Shown: positions 41,798 through 52,684, counted from the stretch's first letter. The stretch is DNA of 64,000 nt from Nannocystis bainbridge (GCF_028368995.1 NZ_JAQNDL010000001.1:3872001-3936000), one strand, 5' to 3'. Notes: generated from the letters alone by a model not told the origin. Made by a program: numbers and translations.

Positions 41798-43666
41798 TCA
41801 GTACTTCGGGAACACCGCCGTCAGCAGCAGCGCCTCGACGTCGTCGCTGCGCATCACCCGGCCCAGCGTCTCATTGAACAGCTCCGAGAACGCCAGCGAG
41901 CCGAGCGCGCGCGTGCGGATGAACTCGAGGTCGAGCTCGTGGCGGATGTCGACCTTGTAGTCGTGGCGGCTGGGCGTCAGCGTCGGCACCCACGAGCCGT
42001 GGATCGTGAACGAGAAATCGAGCTCGGAGTGGCCCAGGCGGACGATCGGGCCCTTCGTGATGTCGGCGGCGTCGAACAGCCACAGCTCCTCGCCGGTCGA
42101 CCCCAGCGTGCGCGGCACCGAGTCCGACGCGTGGGCCAGCACCGCGATGTAGCCGTCGCGCGCGTGGCGGGGCCCGCCGCGGCGGGGCACGAAGTTGGGC
42201 GACAGCAAGCTCCAGCCGTTCGGCGCCGTATAGCTGCGCAGCGCCCCCGTCTCGGTGTCGATCTCGAGCAGCCGCGGCGGCTCGCCGTCGGCCAGCGGCA
42301 GCGCCGCGATGTCGACGCGCGGCGCGTACGCGGACAGCAGGCGCGCCGGCACCAGCTCCGGCGCGAACCCGCTGGTGTTGTAATAGACGACCTCGATCGG
42401 GTCCTCGCGGCTGCGGCGGGCGTATGTCCCGAGGGCCAGGCCCCAGGTCTCGCGGCCCTCGACGAAGCGTGACTCCGTCTTACCCGACGGCACGTGGACC
42501 TTGTGGATCCCCAGCCGCCCGCGGGCCAGCGCGCAGGGGATCTGCATGCCCGCGACCTCGATCCCGGCCTCACCGCCGCTCAGCAGGTCGTCCCCCTGGT
42601 GGATCCACTCCGACACGTCGAGCGTCGGCGTGTGCGGCACGATCAGCCGCACCGTCTCGCCGTCGTCCTCGAAGTCGGCGTAGAAGTGCACCGACTCGCC
42701 CTCGAGCTCGATGCGGTGGGCCATCACCGGCGTCGGGTGGTCCGCGAACCCGCCCGCGCGCGGCCGCAGGTCGCGGCGGCGGATCGCGTAGATCACCGTG
42801 CTCGGCCGCTGCGTCCGCATCGTGCTCGCGCCCAGCAGGTCGCGCAGCGGCCCGACCGGCAGCACCTGCCCCAGCACGTCGAGCGCCAGCTGCCGCATCT
42901 CGACCACGAACGCCGAGTCCTGCACGAGGACCCAGTTGCGCGTCACCTGGATCTGGTGGACGCACTGGTGGATCTGGACCGGCTCGCCGTCGCCATCGAT
43001 CAGGCTGAAGTGCTCGAGCGCCTTGCCTGTCCAGCGGACCAGGTGGGAAAAGCCAGCCCGGCCGCCGGGCGCCGGGTTGGAGAAGTTGACCGAGAACAGC
43101 TCGCCGGTCGCCTCGTCCTCGGCGGGGTGGGCGGTGCTCAGCACCAGCGGGAAGGGCCACGGCAGCGGGATCGAGCCCAGCCACTCGTCGGCCTTGCCGA
43201 TCGGGGTCACGAGCTCGAGCGTGACCGGGTCGAACTCCCACGGGCGGCCGGCGTCGGTCGTCACGATCATGCGGTCGCGCAGCGGGATCGGCGAATTGCT
43301 CAGCACCGTGCGGACCCCCAGCAGCGGCGAGATCCGCGACAGGCCGATGTCGCGGAACTGCATCAGCTCGCCGAAGTTGGTGGCCGCCCGGTCGGCGTAG
43401 TGACACGGCGGCCGCATGATGTTCTGGGCCAGGCGCACGCGGTCGGGCGCGAGGTCGAAGCGATAGATCGTGCCCTCGCCGGTGAAGGCCGGGCGCCCGA
43501 GCGAGGCGATCGAGCCGGCGATGAACAGGTGCCCGTGGATGTCCGCCGGCAGCGCCCCGTCCAGCACGTTCAGCTCGAGCTCGCGTCCCAGGCAGTCGAG
43601 GTCCTCAGCGCCGCTGCTGAGCATCGACGTCGGCATGATGCGGCTGGGTCCCTGCGGGATCTCCAT
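41798..43666 (-). CDS. Carotenoid oxygenase (RPE65/CCD) family protein
   Basis: GALPADIHG, DAGRPWEFDPVTLE, four Fe-ligand His (TAHP, VHQ, VHF, IHGSW), P.FVPR..DGY. Confidence 0.85.
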   Translation of the reverse strand: MEIPQGPSRIMPTSMLSSGAEDLDCLGRELELNVLDGALPADIHGHLFIAGSIASLGRPAFTGEGTIYRFDLAPDRVRLAQNIMRPPCHYADRAATNFGELMQFRDIGLSRISPLLGVRTVLSNSPIPLRDRMIVTTDAGRPWEFDPVTLELVTPIGKADEWLGSIPLPWPFPLVLSTAHPAEDEATGELFSVNFSNPAPGGRAGFSHLVRWTGKALEHFSLIDGDGEPVQIHQCVHQIQVTRNWVLVQDSAFVVEMRQLALDVLGQVLPVGPLRDLLGASTMRTQRPSTVIYAIRRRDLRPRAGGFADHPTPVMAHRIELEGESVHFYADFEDDGETVRLIVPHTPTLDVSEWIHQGDDLLSGGEAGIEVAGMQIPCALARGRLGIHKVHVPSGKTESRFVEGRETWGLALGTYARRSREDPIEVVYYNTSGFAPELVPARLLSAYAPRVDIAALPLADGEPPRLLEIDTETGALRSYTAPNGWSLLSPNFVPRRGGPRHARDGYIAVLAHASDSVPRTLGSTGEELWLFDAADITKGPIVRLGHSELDFSFTIHGSWVPTLTPSRHDYKVDIRHELDLEFIRTRALGSLAFSELFNETLGRVMRSDDVEALLLTAVFPKY

Positions 43667-43796
43667 GGGCCACATCGTCCAGGATCGGCGGCGCAAAGCC
43701 CCCGCTTCGGTCCGCGCGCGGCCGTGTGGATCCTCAAGACATTACCGCGCGCGAACGCGCTGGAGGACATGTCCCGAAGTACACGTGACGGGCGCT

Positions 43797-45416
43797 TCAC
43801 TTTTGGCTCAGCGTCTCGCTGTACGCGTCCTGTCCGCTGTCGGGGTCGATGAAGCGCACCAGCACCTCGTCGGCGGCCGGGTCGAACGTGATGATGCAAC
43901 CGTGCGGGCTCGCCGAGCCGAACGAGAACTGCGACCCGGCGAGGAAGTCGCCGAGGATGTTGGTGTTGCCGCCGGTCACGGCGATCTCGCGCGTCTTGGC
44001 GACCACCCCGTCACCGTCCGGCTCGATGTGGCTGATGAAGCACGTGTGGAAGTCCCCCGACAGGAACCAGACGTTGGCGACCGCCTCGCTGGCGATGAAA
44101 TCGAGCAGCTCCTGGCGCTGCAGCGGGTAGCCCTCCCAGCGGTCGTTGGCCGCGAAGTCCCACGGGATCGTCGGCATGTCGGTGATCGGCACCGAGTTGA
44201 GGATCACCTTGAAGTGACACGGGCTCGTCTGCAGCCGCTGCTTGAGCCACGCCATCTGCTCCTTGCTGATGTAGATCGGGTCGCCCGAGTTCGCGGTCGA
44301 CGGCTTCCGCTCGGTCCGGCAGTCGAGCACGATGAACTCGACCGTCAGGCCCCAGCGGAAGCTCTGCCACACGCGGAAGTCCTGCGGCGCATCGGTCACA
44401 GGGATGGCCTCGAAGTACGAGGTCATCGCGTCCTGCAGCCGCTGCGGATCGATCGTCTCCGGGTTGAAGTCGTTGGTGACCTCGTGGTCGTCGAGCGTGC
44501 AATAGAGGCCGGCGCGCGCGTAAGCCAGGGCCATGCCGCCGGCGTCGGCGACCGCGAGGTACGACTGCCAGCTGCTGCGATAGTCCGCCAGCGACATCTC
44601 GCCGTCGTTGTAGGCCATGTCGCCGAGGTGGAGGAAGACGTCGTAGTACTCGTCGCTGGTCCGCTGCAGCGCCGGCCACGGGAAGTTGTCGAGCCCGTTG
44701 CAGCACGAGATCGCCACCGTGATCGGCTCGAGCGCGTCGTCGGCGATCGCGGTGCGGAACTCGCCCAGCATCCCCCGCGCGATCGGCTCGCCGCCGTCGG
44801 TGGTGAAGAAGCCGTAGCGGTACCACTGGCCCGGACACAGCCCGTCGACGAGCTGCCGCAAGTAGCCGCTCTCGTCGGGCATCACCTCGAGCTCGTGGAC
44901 CACCCGCACCGTGCCGGGCGCGTCGCCCGGCTGCCACACGCGCAGCAGCGCCGGCTCCGGCAGCTCGCTGCGGCCGTGCAGCAGCGCCGACTCCTGCCGC
45001 ATCGCGCCGGCCATCACCGCGGTCGGGAACCGGGCCAGATCCTCGGCCAGCGCGTCGGGGGCGAAGGCGATCTCGCGGCCCTCGCAGGCCTGCGGCTCGG
45101 CGCCCATGTCGCTCGGCTCGCCGGTGCTGCTGGAGGTCGTGCTGTCGTCGCCGGTGGTGGTCGAGTCGACGCCGGTGGTCGTCGTCCCGTCGGTGCCGGT
45201 GGCCGACGTGCTCGTGGTCGGCGCGTCGGTGGTCGGCACCTCGCCGCCGGTCGTGCTGCTGCCGGCGCCGGTGCTGCTGCCGTCGGGCCCCTCGGTGCCC
45301 GCCATCACGTCGTCGGCGCAGGCCGGCACCGCCACCAGCGTCGCACCTGCGAGTTTTAAAAAGTCTCGCCGCGCGAGCTTTCGTGGGCCCCCGGTCTCGT
45401 CATCGTGGTCGGACAT
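43797..45416 (-). CDS. phoD: Alkaline phosphatase D (PhoD) family, Tat lipoprotein
   Basis: RRDFLK + PAC lipobox, LHLGDMAY, DDHEVTND, LDCR, DRWEGY, LSGDFH. Confidence 0.88.
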   Translation of the reverse strand: MSDHDDETGGPRKLARRDFLKLAGATLVAVPACADDVMAGTEGPDGSSTGAGSSTTGGEVPTTDAPTTSTSATGTDGTTTTGVDSTTTGDDSTTSSSTGEPSDMGAEPQACEGREIAFAPDALAEDLARFPTAVMAGAMRQESALLHGRSELPEPALLRVWQPGDAPGTVRVVHELEVMPDESGYLRQLVDGLCPGQWYRYGFFTTDGGEPIARGMLGEFRTAIADDALEPITVAISCCNGLDNFPWPALQRTSDEYYDVFLHLGDMAYNDGEMSLADYRSSWQSYLAVADAGGMALAYARAGLYCTLDDHEVTNDFNPETIDPQRLQDAMTSYFEAIPVTDAPQDFRVWQSFRWGLTVEFIVLDCRTERKPSTANSGDPIYISKEQMAWLKQRLQTSPCHFKVILNSVPITDMPTIPWDFAANDRWEGYPLQRQELLDFIASEAVANVWFLSGDFHTCFISHIEPDGDGVVAKTREIAVTGGNTNILGDFLAGSQFSFGSASPHGCIITFDPAADEVLVRFIDPDSGQDAYSETLSQK

Positions 45417-45836
45417 CGCGGGCCCGACTTTATGGGCACTCCGCATCACATCGCTGCGAACTCGGCGTGACCTTCAGCGCGCGGCTGCCCGGGCCCGGCG
45501 GATGCAGAAGCGCCGAGCATGGCCGCGAAGACACGCCGCGCGGTTCGTGCGAGGTCCCGATCCCGGGGCCCCGTCGGGCCTGTTTGCGGCGCTCGAAGGC
45601 GGCGGGATGGAAGGTGCCGGGGGTGACAGGCGCGCTCTCGAGTCTCGCGGGGTGTCGGACCTGCTCGCGGCGCTCGCCGTCATTGATGATATGTCCTAAA
45701 AGACATATCAATGCATCCCGGTGCGCAGGCCTGCGGCTGGAGGGCGACGCCGAGCGGGGGCGCTTGCCGACAGGCGTGAAACGCGCTGTGGCCGGCCGTA
45801 TTGGTCGATCGGCGCTCCTCGTGGTACCGTGGCGCG

Positions 45837-46709
45837 GTGTCGCGCAGCGTCTTCATCGCGCTCGTCGCCCTCGCCGGGTGCACGGCGCCCGGGCTCGATC
45901 ACTTCCTGACCGCTCCGCCGCAGCAGGACGCGACCACCCGCGCGGAGTCCTCGAGCTCCGGTTCGACGGGCGGCGACCCGGACTCGAGCACGGGGACCTC
46001 GGTCATGACCTCGACGACCTCGACCGGCACCACGGACGGCCCGGGCGGCTCCGAGACGGACAGCGACGGCAGCAGCGGCGACGGCAGCAGCAGCAGCACG
46101 ACCGGCAGCGTCGGCGAGTGCGGGGACGGCCTCGTCGACGTCGACGAGGAGTGCGACGACGCCAACGCCGACCCCGACGACGGCTGCGCCGCCTGCTTTC
46201 GCGACCGGTGGGTCTTCGCCACCAGCATGATGTTCCAGCCCGACCTCATCGGCGGCCTCGCCGGGGCCGACAGCCTGTGCGGCCAGCTCGCCAACCAGGC
46301 CGGCCTCGGCGACAATTGGCAGAGCTACCGCGCCTGGCTCAGCGACAGCAGCACCAGCGCCGGCGAGCGCATCTTCGCCGGCATGGGTCGCTACCGCCGC
46401 CGCGACGGCGTGGTCATCGCCGAGAACTTCGAGCAGTTCCTCTCGGGCACGCTCAGCGCCACCTTCGACGTCGACGAGTTCGGCCAGACCGCCCTCGGCG
46501 GTGCCTGGACCGGCACCCTGCCCGACGGCACCGCTGCTGTCGGCGTCAGCCACTGCGACGACTGGACGATCGACGACCTGGCGGCGATCCAGGGCCACTA
46601 CGGTCAGAGTGGCGCGATCGACGGCCGCTGGACCTTCGATCCCGACGCCGCTTTCAACCCGACCAGTTGCGCCGGGACGCTGCGGCTCTACTGCTTCGAG
46701 GGCGCCTGA
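45837..46709 (+). CDS. Lipoprotein with Myxococcus Cys-rich (DUF4215) repeat + DUF1554-like domain
   Basis: LAGC lipobox, CGDG..EECDD.N..DGC, GGLAGADSLC, YRAWLSD, WTGT, LYCFE. Confidence 0.85.
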   Translation: MSRSVFIALVALAGCTAPGLDHFLTAPPQQDATTRAESSSSGSTGGDPDSSTGTSVMTSTTSTGTTDGPGGSETDSDGSSGDGSSSSTTGSVGECGDGLVDVDEECDDANADPDDGCAACFRDRWVFATSMMFQPDLIGGLAGADSLCGQLANQAGLGDNWQSYRAWLSDSSTSAGERIFAGMGRYRRRDGVVIAENFEQFLSGTLSATFDVDEFGQTALGGAWTGTLPDGTAAVGVSHCDDWTIDDLAAIQGHYGQSGAIDGRWTFDPDAAFNPTSCAGTLRLYCFEGA

Positions 46710-46712
46710 GCC

Positions 46713-47800
46713 ATGAAGCTCCGCGCCGCCCTCGGCCTGGCCCTGCCGCTCGCGCCGGCGTGCCTGCCCACCCACGAGCCCGGCGCGGGCGCGACCTCGT
46801 CGACGACGAGCAGCGGTACCTCGAGCTTCGGCGATCTCTCTCAAACCGCCGCGCCGACCACGACGGCGATCGACCCGACCCCGACCACCACGACGACGAG
46901 CAGCACCACCGACGCGTCGACCGGCGACCCTGGCCCGGCCTGCGGCGACGGTCAGGTCGACCTCGGCGAGGACTGCGACCTCGGCCCGGACAACAGCAAC
47001 AATGGCGCGTGCACGCTGATGTGCGACCCGGCGACCTGCGGCGACGGCCTGTTGTGGCTCGGCGAGGAGGACTGCGACTTCGGCCCGGGCAACGTCGGCG
47101 AGTACGGCGGCTGCCGCCCGGACTGCACGTGGGCGCCCCGCTGCGGCGACGGCAAGCTCGACGCGGGCCTCGAAGAGTGCGACCTCGGCCTCCTCAACGG
47201 CACCGGCATGGGGCTCGAGGACAGGGTCCCCCTTGCAGCGCCACGTGCCGCTGGCAAGGCCGAATGGTGTTCCTCAGCAGCGCGACCTACGACGGCGACC
47301 TCGGCGGCCTGTCCGGCGCCGACCTCCGCTGCCGCAACCTGGCCGCGGCCGCCGGCCTCGAGCACGCGCAGAGCTTCCGCGCCTGGCTGAGCGACGGCGT
47401 CGACGCGCCGCTGAGCCGCTTTGAGCAGGTCGACCTGCAAGGCGCGCCCTACGTGCTGCCGAACGGACGGATCGTCGCCGCCGACTTCACCGAGTTGATC
47501 GAGCAGGGGCCACGCACCGGGATCGCGCTGACCGAGACGGGCGCGCATGTGACGGAACAATTCGTGTGGACCAATACGTCGGCGTTCGGCGAACCGTTCA
47601 GCGCGGCCGACCACTGCGCCGGCTGGACCACCAACAGCAACCTCGCCGCCGCCCGCACCGGCTACAACGCGCTGGAGCTCGAGATGGGACCCGCCTGGGA
47701 CGCCTGGCGCGACGAACGCCAGTGGACCAGCGTCCTCGCCTGGAAGTGCGACAAGCTGTGGCCCCTCTACTGCTTCGAGGACGGCGACCTCGAGGATTAA
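46713..47800 (+). pseudogene. DUF4215 + DUF1554-like lipoprotein split by a 1-bp frameshift (or sequencing error)
   Basis: Frame changes at about 47219-47232: ...GMGLE / QGPPCSATCRWQGRMVFLSS..GGLSGADLRC..LYCFED. Confidence 0.8.
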
Positions 47801-47816
47801 AGGTTGACCGATCGGA

Positions 47817-47878
47817 CCTGCCTGATCGGTCATGTCCGAAACGACATGCTCTACCGAGCATGTCCCCTCGAACATGCT
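47817..47878. repeat. 14-bp-period palindromic array
   Basis: CCTG/CATG cores at 47817, 47831, 47845, 47859, 47873. Confidence 0.88.
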
Positions 47879-48023
47879 CCGTCGGCCACCCTCAGATCTC
47901 GTGGGCCTGCGGCGGCTGAGCGCCGAGTAGCTCCCCCCGGCGCGGGTCTTATGGCCTCACCGGCCGAGCTCGACCCTCAGGCCCAGCTCGGCGTCGGCGC
48001 GCGCGACCGCCTCCGCGCGGCCC

Positions 48024-49820
48024 TCAGTACACGCGGAAGCCGTAGTCGAAGAACGCGTGTTTAAAGCTGCTGCCGGCCGGCACTGGCAGGCGGGCGTCGC
48101 GGATCAGCTCGATCATGCAGACCGCGGCGGGATCGCTGGCGGGGCGGCCGACCGGCTTGATCTGCGTCAGGCGGCCGTCCTTCGTCAGCATGAACTTGAA
48201 CGTCACCGTCGACTCGAGCTCGACCCCGTGCTGGCGCCCGCACTGGGCCGCGGCCGGGCGGAAGGGCTTCAGCAGGTCGTCGATCTGGCCCTCGGTGACC
48301 ACCGTCGCCTCGTTCGGGTCGTCGACGATGTCGTAGTTGACCGGCTCCTTCGCGCCTGTCTCGGAGGACTTGATCGTTCGGCCGGCCTTGAGCGCCGTCG
48401 GCTCGGGGTGGCTCGGCGGCAGCGGCTCGGGCGGCGTGCTCGGCAGCGCCACCGGTGGGTCGTCCGGCTCGGGCGGCGGCTCCTGGGGCTCGCCTGCGGC
48501 CTCGATCGGCGGGTCCTGCGACGGCACCGGCGGCGTGGTCTCGAGCACGCGTGGGTCGGTCGCGGCCGGGGGTTGGCCGTCGAGCGGGGCCACGGCCGCA
48601 GCCGGCGCGACCATGGGCGCGGGGCCCGGCGGTGGGGCGCCGGTGACGTACTCGAGGCCCGGGGTGCCGACGAGGACCCACGCGATCAGGCCTGCGGCGA
48701 TCAGCGCCAGGACGATCGTGACGCCGACGCTGCTCTCTTTGACCGGCGCGGAGCCGCTGGTGGCGCTCTTGATCGGTCCGGACGAGATCTTGGCGGGTAC
48801 GGCGGAGGCTTCGGCGCGGCCGATGCGGTTGTCGTCGAGCAGGGCGAGGCGCAGTTCCATGATGTTTTGATAGCGCTCCTCGGGGGCCTTGCTCAGGGCC
48901 TTGAGGATCACCCGCTCGACCACGCCGGGGATGTTGGCGTCGGGCGCGACCCGCCGCGGCGGGATCGGCGTGTCGAGCAGCTGCATCGCCAGCACGGTCG
49001 TCTGCTTGCCGCTCTTGAACGGGCACGAACCGGTCAGCAATTCGTAGAGGAGCACGCCGACGGCGTAGATGTCGACGCGTGGGTCGGGCTTGGACCCGCG
49101 GATCAGCTCCGGCGCCATGTACTCCGGCGTCGAAAGCAGCACGCCGCCGGCCAGCAGGCCCTCGGGCAGATCTTCGTCGACGATGCGCGCGAGGCCGAAG
49201 TCGACCACCTTCACATAATCGTCGCTGCTGGCGTGGCGCACCCGGTACACGTTGCTCGGCTTGAGGTCGCGGTGGATCACCCCTTGCGCGTGGGCCGCCT
49301 CGAGCGCGTCGCAGATGTGCAGGAACATCGGCAGCACGCGCGTCCACGGCAGCGGCCCGTGGCGGGTCAACGTCTCGCGCAGGCTCTCGCCCTCGAGCAG
49401 CTCCGTGACGATGTACGCCAGCACGGCGTCGGTGCCGAAGTCGACCACGTCGCCGATGTGCGGGTGATGCAGGCGCGACGCGACGCGCGCCTCCTGGACG
49501 AACCGTCGCTGCACGACATCGAGCGCGCCGCGGTTAAAGTTGGCGTTGCGCAGGACCTTGACCGCGAACCGGCGGTCGCCGCCGGCCACGGCCCGGGCCT
49601 CGTACACGGTCGCCAGCCCGCGCCCGCCGAGCGATCGCACCAGCCGGTAGTTGCCGACGGTGCGCTCGATCAGGTCGTCGGGCTCATCGGGCTCGGCGAG
49701 CTTGGCGAAGCGATTGCCGCTGCGCGACGCCGGGTCCGCCTCCTGCGCGAGGCTGGGAATTTTGATGACTCCCGAGGATTCACCGGGGGCCGGCTCGAGC
49801 GTGTGGGACGACGGGTCCAT
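48024..49820 (-). CDS. Hanks-type Ser/Thr protein kinase, TM, Pro-rich periplasmic part
   Basis: AVKVL, HRDLKPSN, DFG, TPEYMAPE, DIYAVG; TM helix. Confidence 0.93.
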   Translation of the reverse strand: MDPSSHTLEPAPGESSGVIKIPSLAQEADPASRSGNRFAKLAEPDEPDDLIERTVGNYRLVRSLGGRGLATVYEARAVAGGDRRFAVKVLRNANFNRGALDVVQRRFVQEARVASRLHHPHIGDVVDFGTDAVLAYIVTELLEGESLRETLTRHGPLPWTRVLPMFLHICDALEAAHAQGVIHRDLKPSNVYRVRHASSDDYVKVVDFGLARIVDEDLPEGLLAGGVLLSTPEYMAPELIRGSKPDPRVDIYAVGVLLYELLTGSCPFKSGKQTTVLAMQLLDTPIPPRRVAPDANIPGVVERVILKALSKAPEERYQNIMELRLALLDDNRIGRAEASAVPAKISSGPIKSATSGSAPVKESSVGVTIVLALIAAGLIAWVLVGTPGLEYVTGAPPPGPAPMVAPAAAVAPLDGQPPAATDPRVLETTPPVPSQDPPIEAAGEPQEPPPEPDDPPVALPSTPPEPLPPSHPEPTALKAGRTIKSSETGAKEPVNYDIVDDPNEATVVTEGQIDDLLKPFRPAAAQCGRQHGVELESTVTFKFMLTKDGRLTQIKPVGRPASDPAAVCMIELIRDARLPVPAGSSFKHAFFDYGFRVY

Positions 49821-50111
49821 AAGACGGGAGCAGCGGGAGCGATCCGAATCATAACCGAGGCAGGCGACATGGATCGAATCCGTCGCCAGAACGCGAGCGC
49901 CCGCGCGTTATCGCACAATCGCTCCGGCGAAGAAAGCAGCTTGCCGCAGGGGCGCGACTCGAAGCTGTCCCTCGGGACAGGAACTCGGGCGCGCGCAGGT
50001 CGAGATCCGTCACCGATCTGCGAGCCTCGCCGTCGATGCCTGCGCACACCTCCCGGCGTCGGACTCGGCTTGTAATCACCGGGTCGGTCACGCATCGTAC
50101 TCGAGCCCGTG

Positions 50112-51413
50112 ATGCCCTCTGCCCGTCGCGCTGCGTTGTCTCTGGCCTGTCTCGGCGCGCTGGCGCTCGCCTGGGCCGCCCCGGCGCTGGCGAACGCCGC
50201 TCCGGTCGGGCCACCGCCCAAGCTGCCCGACGTGGGTCCGCCGCCGGCCCTGCCGGACTTCGGCTCGCAGAACGTCCCGCCCCAGAGCCCTGGCCCGACC
50301 GCGCCGCCGACCACCGCCGCGCCGACGCCCGTCAAGCCCGCCCCCGGGCCGCCGGTGATGCGCCCGTCCGTACGGCCCGCGCCCGCGCCGGTCCCGACGC
50401 CGCCGCCGCCTGCCGCTGAACCTCCCGTCGAGTCGGTGCCGCCGCCGGCCGCGCCGGGCTCGCCGCCGCCGGTGACGAGCCCGGTGCCGACCCCGCCGCC
50501 ACCTGTCCCTTCGGTCAGCTCGCCCGGCGCCGACCCGACGCAGCCGGCGCCCGAGGGTCCGGCGCCGCAGGGCACGCGGGCGCCGATGATCGCGGGCGCC
50601 GACCCGACCGGGTCCGACGCCAAGCCGGACAAGCCGGCCGAGCCGAAGTCGCAGGAGGAGATCGAAGAAGAGGCGGCCCGGGCCCGGCGCAAGCAGCCGA
50701 AGAAATGGCGCCACGCCGGCCTCATCCTCGAGCCGCGGTTCGGCACCCTCGGCTGCACGCGGGAGTTCTGCGCCGGCAGTGCCGGCCACCACGAGCGGCC
50801 CGGCGCGCTGCTCGGCGGCTTCGTCGGCGGCAACCTGCTCGGCCTGGTCGACCTCGGCATCGAGGCCCAGTGGGGCACGCTGCGGCCGGGCGACCTCGCG
50901 GGCAAGAACGCCGTGACGCTCTACGGCATCGACCCGGCCCGCCTCGAGCAGGCGCTGTCGGAGCGGCTCGGCACCGAGGTCGACGTCGACTTCAACCAGC
51001 TGACCGTCGAGAGCGCCAAGGCGCGGGCCGTCAGCGCCGGCCCGGCCCTGCGGATCCACTTCCTCCGCAAGGGCCGCGGCGTCGCGTACATCGGCACCGG
51101 CATCCACTACCAGCTGTGGCGCAACCGCTACGAGACCACCGGCGGCCCGACCCGCATGGACTTCCACGGCTTCGTCGCCCCGTTCCGCGTCGGCGGCGGC
51201 GCCTTCGTCCACCCCAACATCGCCGTCACCGGCGAGTTCGCCTATCACTACGCGTTCTATGTCATCACCGGGGTCAGTCACCCCGAGCTGTCCGGGGTGG
51301 CCCCGCTGTCGATCATCGAGGGCGCGGCGCTCGACGCCGGCACCAACCTCCGCAAGGGGCTGCCGCACTTCTGGTCGTTCTCCGTCAGCGTCCGCTTCCG
51401 CCTGGGCCTGTGA
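50112..51413 (+). CDS. Exported Pro-rich protein with C-terminal beta-barrel-like domain
   Basis: Signal peptide, long Pro-rich region, amphipathic strands ending SFSVSVRFRLGL. Confidence 0.7.
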   Translation: MPSARRAALSLACLGALALAWAAPALANAAPVGPPPKLPDVGPPPALPDFGSQNVPPQSPGPTAPPTTAAPTPVKPAPGPPVMRPSVRPAPAPVPTPPPPAAEPPVESVPPPAAPGSPPPVTSPVPTPPPPVPSVSSPGADPTQPAPEGPAPQGTRAPMIAGADPTGSDAKPDKPAEPKSQEEIEEEAARARRKQPKKWRHAGLILEPRFGTLGCTREFCAGSAGHHERPGALLGGFVGGNLLGLVDLGIEAQWGTLRPGDLAGKNAVTLYGIDPARLEQALSERLGTEVDVDFNQLTVESAKARAVSAGPALRIHFLRKGRGVAYIGTGIHYQLWRNRYETTGGPTRMDFHGFVAPFRVGGGAFVHPNIAVTGEFAYHYAFYVITGVSHPELSGVAPLSIIEGAALDAGTNLRKGLPHFWSFSVSVRFRLGL

Positions 51414-51557
51414 GCGACGACGTCGCCGCCGCCCAGCCCGCAGTTCGGCCCGCAGTTGGCCTGCACGGCCCTGCCGGCCCGCGAGATTCGGACCGCGCTC
51501 TTTACGCACGCCGCCCGGATTTGACGCTCGCGGGACCCCGCTCTAAAGTCCGCGGCG

Positions 51558-52553
51558 ATGCTCCGCGGTCTGGTTCACCGTCTCGCCCCCCTCGGCTTCG
51601 CCTCCATGCTGGCCGTCTCCCTGTCGGCCGTCGCCGCTTGTGACGGCGCCGGCTCGTCCCCGCCGACCGTCGAGGTCACGAGCGACCAGCTCAAGCCGGG
51701 CGGCGTGTTCATCACCTACGTCAACGGCTGCGAGAAGGGCTGCGACCAGCTCGGCCGCGGCGACCTCGTGCTCGAGCTGAACGGCCAGCCGGTGTCGACC
51801 GCCAAGGACCTGCGCGTCAGCCAGATCGCCACCGGTCAGCCGGTCAAGCTCAAGGTGCAGAAGAAGGGCGGCCAGGTGGTCGAGGTCGAGATCGTCGCCA
51901 CCCCGAGCGAGAAGCTGCCGCCGATCAAGGAGGCCCCGCCGTTCTGGTCGGTGGGCGCCGCCGAGCTCGACAAGGCGCCCTTGTGGGCCCGCCGCAACCT
52001 GTACGGCCACGCCAGCCTCATGGCGATGCTCGTCAACATGGACGGCGGCATCACCGACGGCCGCCAGCTGGTCGGCAAGAAGCGCCTGATGCTGTTCTGG
52101 GACTGGGCGACCCGCGAGGAGCAGGCCCAGGCCGCCAACATGCTGCGCGTGCTGCAGATGGCCCGCGACGACCTGCAGAACTCGGGCGTGGAGATCATGT
52201 TCACGCACATCCAGTTCCCGTCCAACACCCGCGTGGCGCCGATGAACGACTCCGGCCTCCGCCAGTGGCAGAAGACCAGCGGCCTGCCCGACAAGGGCAC
52301 GCTGCCGACCTACCGCTTCCCCAACGCCACCGAGTACCAGCCGTCCCGCGAGCTCGGCCTCGAGGGCGCGACGACCTACCAGCAGTACCTGCGCCAGCCG
52401 CCGGCGATCGTCCTCCTCGACGAGGACGGCATCGTCCGCTGGCACTCCGAGGGCATCCAGACCCCGCCCGCCGGCGACGAGCTGGCCGGCAAGGGCAAGG
52501 ACGACCAGTGGACGATCATCCAGGCGATCGAGTTCGCCAAGAAGGAGCTCTGA
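51558..52553 (+). CDS. Lipoprotein with PDZ-like and thioredoxin-like domains
   Basis: VAAC lipobox, LGRGDLVLELNGQPV PDZ, LMLFW and P.IVLLDEDGIVRW Trx/redoxin signatures. Confidence 0.7.
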   Translation: MLRGLVHRLAPLGFASMLAVSLSAVAACDGAGSSPPTVEVTSDQLKPGGVFITYVNGCEKGCDQLGRGDLVLELNGQPVSTAKDLRVSQIATGQPVKLKVQKKGGQVVEVEIVATPSEKLPPIKEAPPFWSVGAAELDKAPLWARRNLYGHASLMAMLVNMDGGITDGRQLVGKKRLMLFWDWATREEQAQAANMLRVLQMARDDLQNSGVEIMFTHIQFPSNTRVAPMNDSGLRQWQKTSGLPDKGTLPTYRFPNATEYQPSRELGLEGATTYQQYLRQPPAIVLLDEDGIVRWHSEGIQTPPAGDELAGKGKDDQWTIIQAIEFAKKEL

Positions 52554-52684
52554 GCCGCTGACGCCGGCCTGAGCCGCATGGCCCTTCGGACCTGTCCGAA
52601 GGGCCATTTGCATTTAAGCCGGCCGAACTCGGGTCGCGAGGTCATCACGCCGGCTCGCCCGGGCCGTGGCCCCGATGGCCAGGA

